Source of the DNA: an uncultured Candidatus Saccharibacteria bacterium
GTDB taxonomy: Bacteria; Patescibacteriota; Saccharimonadia; Saccharimonadales; Saccharimonadaceae
DNA length: 64,000 nt
NCBI GenBank assembly: GCA_963549315.1
Contig: CAUUYE010000001.1
Span: forward strand, 54,163 to 118,162
Direction of reading: 5' to 3'
Shown here: positions 50,768-59,175 of the stretch, one piece after another
How positions within the stretch are numbered: position 1 is the stretch's first letter
How the letters are laid out: each line of letters begins with the position of its first letter
Translations under genes and position numbers: made by a program
The notes under the pieces: generated by a model
The model's database searches: none
Told to the model about the DNA's origin: nothing
The model's input: only the letters and a program-made list of their open reading frames with translations

Positions 50768-50870
50768 ATAATAATAACATATTTTCAATAGATTTTTCAA
50801 CTAGTCCGTTAAGGTCCTAAACCTTAACTAACTAGTTGACATATTTAATCATTATGTTATTATAATAACA
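50768..50870. promoter_or_regulatory. Divergent promoter pair around a nested inverted repeat
   Basis: TCAACTAGT..GTTAAGGT-cctaa-ACCTTAAC..ACTAGTTGA (50797-50839); TTGACA at 50836 and TGTTATTATAAT on +; TTGAAA and TGTTATTAT on -. Confidence 0.6.
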
Positions 50871-51037
50871 CTGACGTTTATCAACGATAATAAAATTCTA
50901 CTATCAATGCACGCATAAACGTCTGAATTTCTACTGTCGGATACAGGAGAAAGGGGGTGAATCCGATGTTCATTTAGAGGTTAATAGGTGTCCAGTATCA
51001 ATCTTCATCTGACTCATACGGAAAGGGGGTGAAAAAC

Positions 51038-51214
51038 GTGAGCTATATTGTGACTGATAAAGTCACGGGGAGATCGTATGATACAGACCGTGACGGGTAT
51101 ATTACGGTCGCAGAAATGATCCGGGAGCATCCAGAGCGCTTTACGGATACGACTGAGTTCGAGCGTCGTCAGATTAACGACGGGGCAGAGACTCTCGGCT
51201 GGAAGGGATGGTAA
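51038..51214 (+). CDS. 58-aa small protein with an EF-hand-like loop
   Basis: RBS GAAAGGGGGTG before GTG 51038; DTDRDGYITVAE matches DxDxDGxIxxxE. Confidence 0.65.
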   Translation: MSYIVTDKVTGRSYDTDRDGYITVAEMIREHPERFTDTTEFERRQINDGAETLGWKGW

Positions 51215-51312
51215 AAGTTTTAGGTTTTAGGTTTGCCGTTCAACCTAAAAAACAACTCTCCTTTCTTTTATAATATAACGGCAACGGCAACCCTATTCCT
51301 ATCCTCACATCG

Positions 51313-51339
51313 GTGGGAAGCATTAGCTTCCCACTTTTT
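51313..51339 (+). terminator. Intrinsic terminator
   Basis: GTGGGAAGC-atta-GCTTCCCAC-TTTTT. Confidence 0.85.
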
Positions 51340-51500
51340 AATTTTATGTTTTTGCATTATAATAGGGTTATCTTGTCATACTTCGGTCCCTGACAATGAG
51401 AAAATTCAAAAGCTTTAAGTATCGTCATTTATACTTTTAGCCAGGAGCCAATAAATCAGGCTCACATAAATGACTCCAATTTTAATCAAAGGAGTTACTT

Positions 51501-51752
51501 ATGAAAAATAATATTAATAATCAAGAACGCGTCGAAGTCATGGCTCTTTTTGGGTACGAAATGACCCCATGCCAGCCCCTCAACTTCAAAAAACGTAGTG
51601 GGGAAGAGTTTGAAGTATCTGAACTCTTACAGACCCACATTCGTTTTATTGGCAATACAGCCATTCATATTTTCGACGTTATCGCAGGGCATACTAATTA
51701 CCAACTGTCGTTCAATGCCACCGATCTTTCATGGCATCTTCGCCTTGTCTGA
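51501..51752 (+). CDS. Small beta-rich hypothetical protein
   Basis: RBS AAAGGAG; P..F...G....V...HIFDV......L.F...LSW pattern, loosely recalling small proteins of mutagenesis cassettes (not verified). Confidence 0.65.
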   Translation: MKNNINNQERVEVMALFGYEMTPCQPLNFKKRSGEEFEVSELLQTHIRFIGNTAIHIFDVIAGHTNYQLSFNATDLSWHLRLV

Positions 51753-51754
51753 GT

Positions 51755-51786
51755 TCAAAAAAAGAGGCTAAAACCTCTTTTTTTGA
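51755..51786. terminator. Bidirectional terminator
   Basis: TCAAAAAAAGAGG-ctaaaa-CCTCTTTTTTTGA. Confidence 0.8.
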
Positions 51787-51807
51787 TACATAAATTGAAT
51801 ACAAAAA

Positions 51808-52809
51808 TTATTCAATTCCGTTCTGTAAAACAAATTGATCAATTATTTTACGCAATTCTACAGTATTCTTACAATCCATTAGTTTTACTCTTAGCTCAGA
51901 AGCACCATCAAAAGAATTCACGTAAATTTTAAACATTCTTTTTAGTGGCTCAAACGGATACCGCAAACCTTTTTTAGACAGCTCCATAGATCTTTCATCA
52001 AAACAATCTAGATGATATTTGAATAATTTTAGTAACTCTAAAATTGAAACATCACTTCCACGAGCTTCCTGTACTCTATCTGTAAAACAAAATGGATTCA
52101 AAAAAACTCCGCGACCAATCATAAAACCGTCAACTGCAGGATAAATCTGTGCCAGCTTTTTAACTTGTCTAAGGTCTTGAATATCACCGTTAATCGTCAA
52201 CTTAGTCTCCGGTGCAATATAATCTCGCATCTTTACGATTTCAGGAATTAATTCAAAATGGGCAGGAACTTTTGACATCTCTTTTCGAGTTCTTAGATGG
52301 ATAGTTAAATTAGCTATATTTTGTTCCAAAATCAATGGCAACCATTTTTGATATTCGTCTATATACGTAAAGCCCAGTCTCGTTTTTACTGAAACCGGCA
52401 ACTTTGTCATCTTTTTAGCCTCATTAATACAGGCAATTGCTAAATCTGGAGTCCGAATCATGGCTGCTCCACCTCCAGCTTTATTAACATGGCGATCTGG
52501 ACACCCCATATTAATATCTAAACCTTGAAATCCTAGGTCTTCAAGTTCTGCCGCTACAATCGCAAAATGCTCCGGATTTTTACCCCAAATCTGTGCGATA
52601 ATCGGCGGATCAGATTCACATATTGATAACCGAGTTAATGCATCATGCCGTCCTTTTTCTGAAGCAAAAGAAGTAACATTCGTAAACTCAGTATAAAACA
52701 AATCTGGTCGTCCAGCCCGTGCAATTACTCGTCTAAATACTACATCCGTAACACCCTCCATTGGCGCTAAAACAGTAAAAGGTTTTTGCAATTTCTGCCA
52801 AATATTCAT
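51808..52809 (-). CDS. dus: tRNA-dihydrouridine synthase
   Basis: LAPMEGVTD, DINMGCP, SVKTRLG, HLRT, INGDI, MIGRG. Confidence 0.93.
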   Translation of the reverse strand: MNIWQKLQKPFTVLAPMEGVTDVVFRRVIARAGRPDLFYTEFTNVTSFASEKGRHDALTRLSICESDPPIIAQIWGKNPEHFAIVAAELEDLGFQGLDINMGCPDRHVNKAGGGAAMIRTPDLAIACINEAKKMTKLPVSVKTRLGFTYIDEYQKWLPLILEQNIANLTIHLRTRKEMSKVPAHFELIPEIVKMRDYIAPETKLTINGDIQDLRQVKKLAQIYPAVDGFMIGRGVFLNPFCFTDRVQEARGSDVSILELLKLFKYHLDCFDERSMELSKKGLRYPFEPLKRMFKIYVNSFDGASELRVKLMDCKNTVELRKIIDQFVLQNGIE

Positions 52810-54098
52810 CTCTTTTCTTCCATAGTTTTTAAAATAATTGCTTGTTCATAGATCTCTTCAAATCTGTCAATCGTTCGTTTTAAATCATGTCGTTTCGCAA
52901 CTTCAATCGATGCTAATCTATATTGTTTAGCTAACTCTGGATCTAAAATAATTTTTTGAATTGCTAATGCTATACCATGATAGTCTTGTGGTCGACAAAG
53001 CTCGCCATTTCTCTTATTTTGGCACAATTCAGAAACCGCGCCAGCATCAACCGCCACAAGGGGAAGTCCCACTGCTGCAGCTTCAATCAAAACGATGCCT
53101 TGCGTCTCAGTCTCTGATGCTGTAACAAATAACGTCCCCGCTCGATAAATCTCAATAAGATCTGGTGGCATCACTTTTCCTAAAAATTTCACACGTTTGT
53201 CTACCTCAAGCTCGCTAGCCAATGTTTTTAAATTCACCAGATCAATCCCATCCCCCACGATCACTAGCTCCATTTTTTTAGCATCAATCTTTGGAAAATC
53301 TAACAATTCTTTGAATGCACGTAAAACAAGATTAATACTTTTTTCAGGATCCACTCGACCAACATATAAAATTTTTTGACTTTTATTATTTAATCCATAT
53401 TTTTTTAAAACTCTAAGATTCGGTTTCTTAGGATAAAATTCACTTAAATCTACCCCATTTGATAAAGCTTCCACTGGTACTTTAAAATGTTTACGATTTT
53501 TAGGAATTAAATCGCCAATCGCCATTTCTGTCGGCATAGTTGCATATTCAGCATGCTTCAAAAAACTAGCCATATATGCTCTCAACATTGCATTGGAAAC
53601 TTTTTTTATAAACTTCGGTTTAAGAATTGCTAACTGGTCAGTAATATTATCCGGATAAGCATGTCCAGTTGAAACCAATGGTACTTTATATTTTTTAACA
53701 TATCGCATAATTGCCAAAGCAATCGTTTCTGCAGTCTGCAGATGTATTACGTCCGGTTGAAACTCATTTAATACCTTTTTAATTTCAAAAAATGGATTCA
53801 CAGACCACCAAATACCATTTTTATAAGTTAATCTTGGCATCGAGATCCCTAAGAAATCTTTTTTCTCAGGAACTTCATTGATCTGATCTGGATAAAATGG
53901 AAAGCGTAATGAAGTCAAAAAAACTGTCTTCACTCCAGTTACTGGATCAGTTTCAGTATGGAATTTACCATTAAAACTTGGAGAAATTACTAAAACTTCA
54001 TGTCCAGCTTTTGCTAAACCGTTGGCAAGGTTATGTGAGAAAACCGCCACACCATTTGTCATCGGATAATAAATGTCGGACGCAATTGCAATCTTCAT
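52806..54098 (-). CDS. GT4 glycosyltransferase
   Basis: D.YYP..NGV, YVGRVDPEK, SETETQGIVLIEAAA.GLP. Confidence 0.9.
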   Translation of the reverse strand: MKIAIASDIYYPMTNGVAVFSHNLANGLAKAGHEVLVISPSFNGKFHTETDPVTGVKTVFLTSLRFPFYPDQINEVPEKKDFLGISMPRLTYKNGIWWSVNPFFEIKKVLNEFQPDVIHLQTAETIALAIMRYVKKYKVPLVSTGHAYPDNITDQLAILKPKFIKKVSNAMLRAYMASFLKHAEYATMPTEMAIGDLIPKNRKHFKVPVEALSNGVDLSEFYPKKPNLRVLKKYGLNNKSQKILYVGRVDPEKSINLVLRAFKELLDFPKIDAKKMELVIVGDGIDLVNLKTLASELEVDKRVKFLGKVMPPDLIEIYRAGTLFVTASETETQGIVLIEAAAVGLPLVAVDAGAVSELCQNKRNGELCRPQDYHGIALAIQKIILDPELAKQYRLASIEVAKRHDLKRTIDRFEEIYEQAIILKTMEEKR

Positions 54099-54156
54099 AT
54101 TGTAATTATATCAAAATTCATAAAGGTAGAACTATTCCGTCTGTTATAATACCAAT

Positions 54157-54588
54157 ATGAACAAAGCTAAGAAGAAAAAAATAGATCAAATTGCTGTCAA
54201 TCGACGTGCAAGTTTTGACTATAATCTTGGTGAAAAAATCATTTGTGGAATGGTTCTAACAGGACAAGAAGTCCGTCAAATTCGCGATCACCATCTTCAA
54301 CTTAAAGGATCTTTTGTCACTATCAAAGGAAATGAGCTTTGGCTAAACAATCTTACTCTTGGTACAGAAACTGCAAGAAATATTAAACTTTTAGCAACTA
54401 AAAAACAGATTACATCTTTACAAAAATCCAAAGTACTCGGTAACACAATCGTCGCCACTAAATTATTCAGTGGTTCTCGCTACATCAAACTCGAAATCGC
54501 AATTGCATCTGGCAAGAAAAAATATGATAAGCGTTTAAGTATTAAACATCGTGATCTTGATCGTGAACGTCAAAAATATCAGAGGTAA
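54157..54588 (+). CDS. smpB: SsrA-binding protein
   Basis: NRRA.FDY, G.VLTG.EV..IR, GKKKYDKR..IK.RD. Confidence 0.92.
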   Translation: MNKAKKKKIDQIAVNRRASFDYNLGEKIICGMVLTGQEVRQIRDHHLQLKGSFVTIKGNELWLNNLTLGTETARNIKLLATKKQITSLQKSKVLGNTIVATKLFSGSRYIKLEIAIASGKKKYDKRLSIKHRDLDRERQKYQR

Positions 54589-54591
54589 AAC

Positions 54592-55428
54592 ATGAAATAT
54601 TCACTTTATTCTTGGAACGTTAACGGTATCAGAGCAGTTTTGAAAAAAGGTACCTTACAGAATCTTCTGCAGATCAAACATCCTGACTTCCTCTGTCTTC
54701 AAGAAACCAAAGCACAAAAAAATCAAGTTGAAGTAGATTTCCCTGATTATCAAGAAACTTGGAACTCAGCCGACCGTGCTGGCTATGCTGGTACTGCTAT
54801 ATTCTCTCAAAATAATCAAAAAATTATTCATACTGAACTAAACCTTGAATCCTTCTTAAACAATCATCAAACTCCAGAAGTTTCTAAAATTATTGATCAA
54901 TTTAAGCAAGACAATTTTGGTACTCCGCTTTCCGAAGGACGCATCATAAATATTGAGACTACCCACTTTTACCTTGTAAACGTTTACACGCCAAACTCAA
55001 AATCAGATCTTGCTCGTTTAAATCTTCGCCATCTCTTTTGGGATCCACTTTTTCTGGAGTATCTTCAAACTCTCGAACAAAGAAAACCTGTGATTTTCTG
55101 TGGCGATCTTAATGCCGCACATCAAGAAATCGATATTGCAAGACCTAAACAAAATATTCATAATGCAGGTTTTACCAAAGAAGAACGCCTTGGTATTGAA
55201 AACTACATTAATAGTCACTTTCTTGACGCTTTTCGTTATTTACATCCAGATACCATAAAATATTCTTGGTGGTCACATTGGGGACATGCACGAGAAAATA
55301 ACGTTGGCTGGCGAATTGACTACTTTTTCATTTCAGAAAAGTTAAAAGATCACTTGATTGCTGCAGAAATCCATGACGAAATCCTCGGCTCTGATCACTG
55401 TCCAGTTTCTATCACCCTTGAATTTTAA
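54592..55428 (+). CDS. xth: Exodeoxyribonuclease III / AP endonuclease
   Basis: SWNVNGIRA, CLQETK, GYAGT, GDLN, GWRIDYF, SDHCP. Confidence 0.94.
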   Translation: MKYSLYSWNVNGIRAVLKKGTLQNLLQIKHPDFLCLQETKAQKNQVEVDFPDYQETWNSADRAGYAGTAIFSQNNQKIIHTELNLESFLNNHQTPEVSKIIDQFKQDNFGTPLSEGRIINIETTHFYLVNVYTPNSKSDLARLNLRHLFWDPLFLEYLQTLEQRKPVIFCGDLNAAHQEIDIARPKQNIHNAGFTKEERLGIENYINSHFLDAFRYLHPDTIKYSWWSHWGHARENNVGWRIDYFFISEKLKDHLIAAEIHDEILGSDHCPVSITLEF

Positions 55429-55443
55429 GGAAAGGAAAAACTC

Positions 55444-56247
55444 ATGCAACCAACAGAATATTGGAAAAAAATAGATACTATTAATGATCAGTCCATTTTA
55501 TGGGATATTCCCGAACAAAAAACTGGCAGAATTGCAGTTTTAGGTGGTAATCTTCAAAACTGCATGGTTGAAATAAAAAATACTGAATTTTTAAATCAAC
55601 TACCAATAAAATCCGCCAATCTTCTTTTACCAGACGCCCTTCAAAAAAAATTACCGACTTTTTCAACAATATATTTTGCTGAGTCTACTGATTCTGGTTC
55701 CTTCGCAAAATCCACTACACTAGAAAACTTCGCGCTAAATTCCGATCTTGTATTCTTTTCCGGAGATTTTTCAAAAAATTCAATCACAGAAATCGCAATT
55801 ATCGATGTAATTAAAAAACTGAATGAGCAGCAAATCATTGTTTTAACTAGAGATACAGCCGATCTAATCACCGCCGATGTCCAAGGTGTCCTCGAAAAAC
55901 AAAACCTCATTCTATTTGCTAGTTTAGCCCAGCTCCAGAAAGTTTTTCATGCAGCACTGTATCCAAAAATGATTCTACTCTCCATGCCAATCTTCCCAAT
56001 CATCGAAATCTTGCACAAATTCACTTTAAGTTATCCATGCACTATTTTTACCTTTCATCAAAATCAACTCATCATTGCTAAAGCTGGCGCTATTCATACC
56101 ATACCGATTGACAAAACTTCCTATACTCCTCTCTCACTCTGGTCTGGAACGCTCGCCTGCAAAGTTTCTGCATTTACTCTCTGGAATCCACAAAAAATAC
56201 AAGACGCCATAGAAGCTGCAATCTTTTGGGACTGTCGTCAAAAATAA
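55444..56247 (+). CDS. Divergent YjeF/NnrD (carbohydrate-kinase-like) fold protein
   Basis: G..AVLGGN, LLPDAL, SGSF, GD...NS.T pattern recalls NnrD; catalytic motifs look degenerate. Confidence 0.5.
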   Translation: MQPTEYWKKIDTINDQSILWDIPEQKTGRIAVLGGNLQNCMVEIKNTEFLNQLPIKSANLLLPDALQKKLPTFSTIYFAESTDSGSFAKSTTLENFALNSDLVFFSGDFSKNSITEIAIIDVIKKLNEQQIIVLTRDTADLITADVQGVLEKQNLILFASLAQLQKVFHAALYPKMILLSMPIFPIIEILHKFTLSYPCTIFTFHQNQLIIAKAGAIHTIPIDKTSYTPLSLWSGTLACKVSAFTLWNPQKIQDAIEAAIFWDCRQK

Positions 56248-56290
56248 CCAGTTATGATAAAATAACCATAAGTATTATTCGAGATATTCC

Positions 56291-57208
56291 ATGTCAAATA
56301 AAGTAATGATCATTGGTACAGGTAACGTTGGTGCTAGTATTGGTTTTTCACTAGTTTCTCAGCCTACTCCAGTCAACGAGCTAGTTCTAGTTGATTTAAA
56401 TCAAGCTGATGCTGAAGGTGAAGCGATGGATCTGCGTGATACGCTTGCGGTTAGTCCAACTTATTTAAAAATCTCCGCAGGTAGTTACCAAAAAGACGCA
56501 GAGAGTACCGACCTTGTCATCTTCACAGCCGGTGCCGCTCAACAAAAAGGTGGAGAGACTCGCATGGACCTGCTTGCACGCAATACCAAAATTTTACATT
56601 CAGTCATCGATCAATTACTCGAATCAAATTTTCACGGAATTTTTCTTATTGTTACCAATCCAGTTGATGTGATGAGTTATTTCGCCATGCAGTACTCCGG
56701 TTTTCCTAGCCATAAAATTATCGGTTCAGGGACCGTCCTTGATTCTGCTAGACTTCGTTATCATCTCGCAGAAAGATTAAACGTTTCACCAAAATCCGTA
56801 CACGCCTATCAAATCGGTGAACACGGAGATTCAGAATTTGCCATTTGGTCTACTGCTAACGTCGGCGGACAACCTATCCAAAATCTCCTCAAACGTAATG
56901 AGCTTGAAAAAATAGAAACAGCAACCAGACTTGAAGCTTATAAAATTATTGAAAATAAAGGTGCAACTTATTATGGCATAGGCGCCTGTGTAACTAGTAT
57001 CGTCAATTGTATTTTCAATGACGAACGACGCGTTCTTCCAGTATCAACCTATGATTCTTTTTCAGATACTTTTTTTGGTTTTCCATCCGTTATTAGTAAA
57101 AAAGGCGTGCTTTGCCGCCTTGATACAAAACTCACAGAAGCCGAAGAACTTAAATTACAATCCTCAATTAATGTGATTAAAACTGCCATTAAATCTGTAA
57201 CAAAATAA
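56291..57208 (+). CDS. ldh: L-lactate dehydrogenase
   Basis: IGTGNVG, AGAAQ..GETRMDL, TNPVD, GTVLDSAR, GEHGDSE, KGATYYGIG. Confidence 0.93.
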   Translation: MSNKVMIIGTGNVGASIGFSLVSQPTPVNELVLVDLNQADAEGEAMDLRDTLAVSPTYLKISAGSYQKDAESTDLVIFTAGAAQQKGGETRMDLLARNTKILHSVIDQLLESNFHGIFLIVTNPVDVMSYFAMQYSGFPSHKIIGSGTVLDSARLRYHLAERLNVSPKSVHAYQIGEHGDSEFAIWSTANVGGQPIQNLLKRNELEKIETATRLEAYKIIENKGATYYGIGACVTSIVNCIFNDERRVLPVSTYDSFSDTFFGFPSVISKKGVLCRLDTKLTEAEELKLQSSINVIKTAIKSVTK

Positions 57209-57252
57209 AGCTATCTATGCTACATTTTTTATAAGTCTGTTATACTTAAACT

Positions 57253-59175
57253 ATGATTCGGCAAATTAAAAATACTCTAATTAGTTTATCTATTGCATTA
57301 ATTTTTACATCCAATTTCTTATCCTTACCGGTAAGCGCTAAATATAACAAAATTAATGCCAGTACTTCTGCTGACAATTTCACTTTCAAAAGTTTTACTG
57401 GCGACTATTACATCACTAGAGATCAAAATAATCTTGCCAAAATGCGTGTAGTTGAAACACTAGTTGCCGAATTCCCAAATTATGATCAAAATCACGGCAT
57501 ACGCCGAGTTATCCCTGTGACAAATCAAGCAGGGAAGAATGTTGTTATTTCAAATCCTTCAAAATTTACCGCAAATATTAAACGTAATGGTCAACAAGAA
57601 CTGTATACTTCCTCATACGAAGATGGCAATATTACCCTCAAAATCGGCAATGAAAACAAATATTTACAAGGCACACAGACTTATACCATAGAATATGATT
57701 TCGAAAATGTTGCCAGTACTTTCGACTCAGATAATTTCGAGAATCATAAATATCAAGAAGTTTATTGGAATGCTAATGGCAACGCATGGAAACAACCTTT
57801 TGGCTCAGTTACTGCCAATGTCCACATTGATAAAACTATACTTCCAAATCTTCATGATATGAACGCCTGTTACAGTGGTAAATATAAATCAAAAGGTAGC
57901 TGTAAAGTCTCAAAAACTGCAGATGGTTATACTTTTAGTACCGGAACTCTATCTCGCGGAGAAGGTTTAACTTTTGCCATTGCTTTTTCTGGCGATACTT
58001 TCACTATTGCGCCAAAACGAATCAGTTACCTTGCCTACATTGTATTCATCGGTATCACAGCCGTATTTTCAATTACTCTATTTATTCTTTTACGTCGCTA
58101 TTATAGCGTTATTTATCCTAAAAAAAGTTACTACAAAAAGCTAATTACGCCAACAGAATTTTTACCATTAAAAGGTTATTCAGTTGCAGAAGCTGCAAGA
58201 CTATATCTTAAATACCCAAGAAACTCTATGGTAGCGACTGCGCTTGAAATGGCAATTCAGAAAAAAATTGAAATTAAGAAAGATGATCAGACTAAGAAAA
58301 AATTATTTGGTAGAGTCAAATGGTCAATTAAAGTCATTAATAAAAAAGGACTCTCCCCTGAACAAGAAGCTCTGCTTAAATTTATGAATGGTTCAACCGA
58401 TTCTATTGAAGAAGGTCAAGTTATCGATCTTGAATCTCGCAATTACAGTAGTACACTTATCGCACTTAGTAGAAGCTTCAATGGCAAGGTAAAAGCTAGC
58501 CTTATTGAACGAAAAGATCTCGAATCAGACAATAATGTTAAAAAATTTGATTGGAAATCAAGCCTTAGAATTGCTATCTGTCTTCTCCTTATCGCTGCCG
58601 TATTCTTTCTGATTTCAATCAAACAAACTTGGTTTATTAACACATTTGGAGAATTTGCTTCAGTTTCAATAATTGAAAATCGTGGTCTATTAGATTTTTC
58701 AATCTATTTTATGTTACCAGCATATATCATATTAATCTCATGTGGTCCACTAATTGACAAGAAATATGTTTCATATACCTTTCAAGGTTTGGATCACGCA
58801 AATTATTTAAATGGTCTTGAAACCTACATCAAAATGGCTGAAGCAGATCGCTTAAAATTTTTACAAAGCGTAGAAGGAGCAGATACCACAAACGAGGGAA
58901 TCGTCAAATTATACGAAAAGCTTTTACCATACGCTGTCATTTTTGGACAAGAGACATCATGGTTAAAATCACTAGAAAAATACTATGAATTAACCGGTAG
59001 CCAAGATGTTACTATGCCTGTTTGGTATGCCTTAACTGATACCAATTTCCATAGCTTCAGTGAAAGTGTCTCGCAGTCGACGTCCATCCCAAGTAGTAGT
59101 TCTGAATCTGGTTTCAGTAGTGGTGGTGGATTTTCCGGCGGCGGCGGCGGAGGCGGCGGAGGCGGCGGCTGGTAA
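57253..59175 (+). CDS. DUF2207-family membrane protein
   Basis: Signal peptide, HGI.R.IP, YWNA.G..W, YEKLLPYA..FG, Gly-rich tail ending GGGGW. Confidence 0.85.
   Translation: MIRQIKNTLISLSIALIFTSNFLSLPVSAKYNKINASTSADNFTFKSFTGDYYITRDQNNLAKMRVVETLVAEFPNYDQNHGIRRVIPVTNQAGKNVVISNPSKFTANIKRNGQQELYTSSYEDGNITLKIGNENKYLQGTQTYTIEYDFENVASTFDSDNFENHKYQEVYWNANGNAWKQPFGSVTANVHIDKTILPNLHDMNACYSGKYKSKGSCKVSKTADGYTFSTGTLSRGEGLTFAIAFSGDTFTIAPKRISYLAYIVFIGITAVFSITLFILLRRYYSVIYPKKSYYKKLITPTEFLPLKGYSVAEAARLYLKYPRNSMVATALEMAIQKKIEIKKDDQTKKKLFGRVKWSIKVINKKGLSPEQEALLKFMNGSTDSIEEGQVIDLESRNYSSTLIALSRSFNGKVKASLIERKDLESDNNVKKFDWKSSLRIAICLLLIAAVFFLISIKQTWFINTFGEFASVSIIENRGLLDFSIYFMLPAYIILISCGPLIDKKYVSYTFQGLDHANYLNGLETYIKMAEADRLKFLQSVEGADTTNEGIVKLYEKLLPYAVIFGQETSWLKSLEKYYELTGSQDVTMPVWYALTDTNFHSFSESVSQSTSIPSSSSESGFSSGGGFSGGGGGGGGGGGW

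Larger units (their letters stand above)
47040..51340. mobile_element. Putative horizontally acquired island (no mobility gene seen)
   Basis: The + strand genes switch from C-rich (helicase) to G-rich (TruD/CYTH); a distinct RBS style (AAAGGGGG) appears three times; gene content is accessory. Boundaries are approximate. Confidence 0.55.

Noticed and set aside
50926..50937. AATTTCTACTGT resembles part of a Cas12a crRNA repeat
   Set aside because: The GTAGAT arm is missing, there is no array or cas gene, and the bases are explained by a local stem with ACAGGAGAAA.
51233..51418. 61-aa TTG-start ORF in the ORF track
   Set aside because: No RBS, and it crosses a strong terminator and the next promoter.
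59118..59172. GGC/GGT trinucleotide run
   Set aside because: Encodes the normal Gly-rich C-terminus of DUF2207 proteins.
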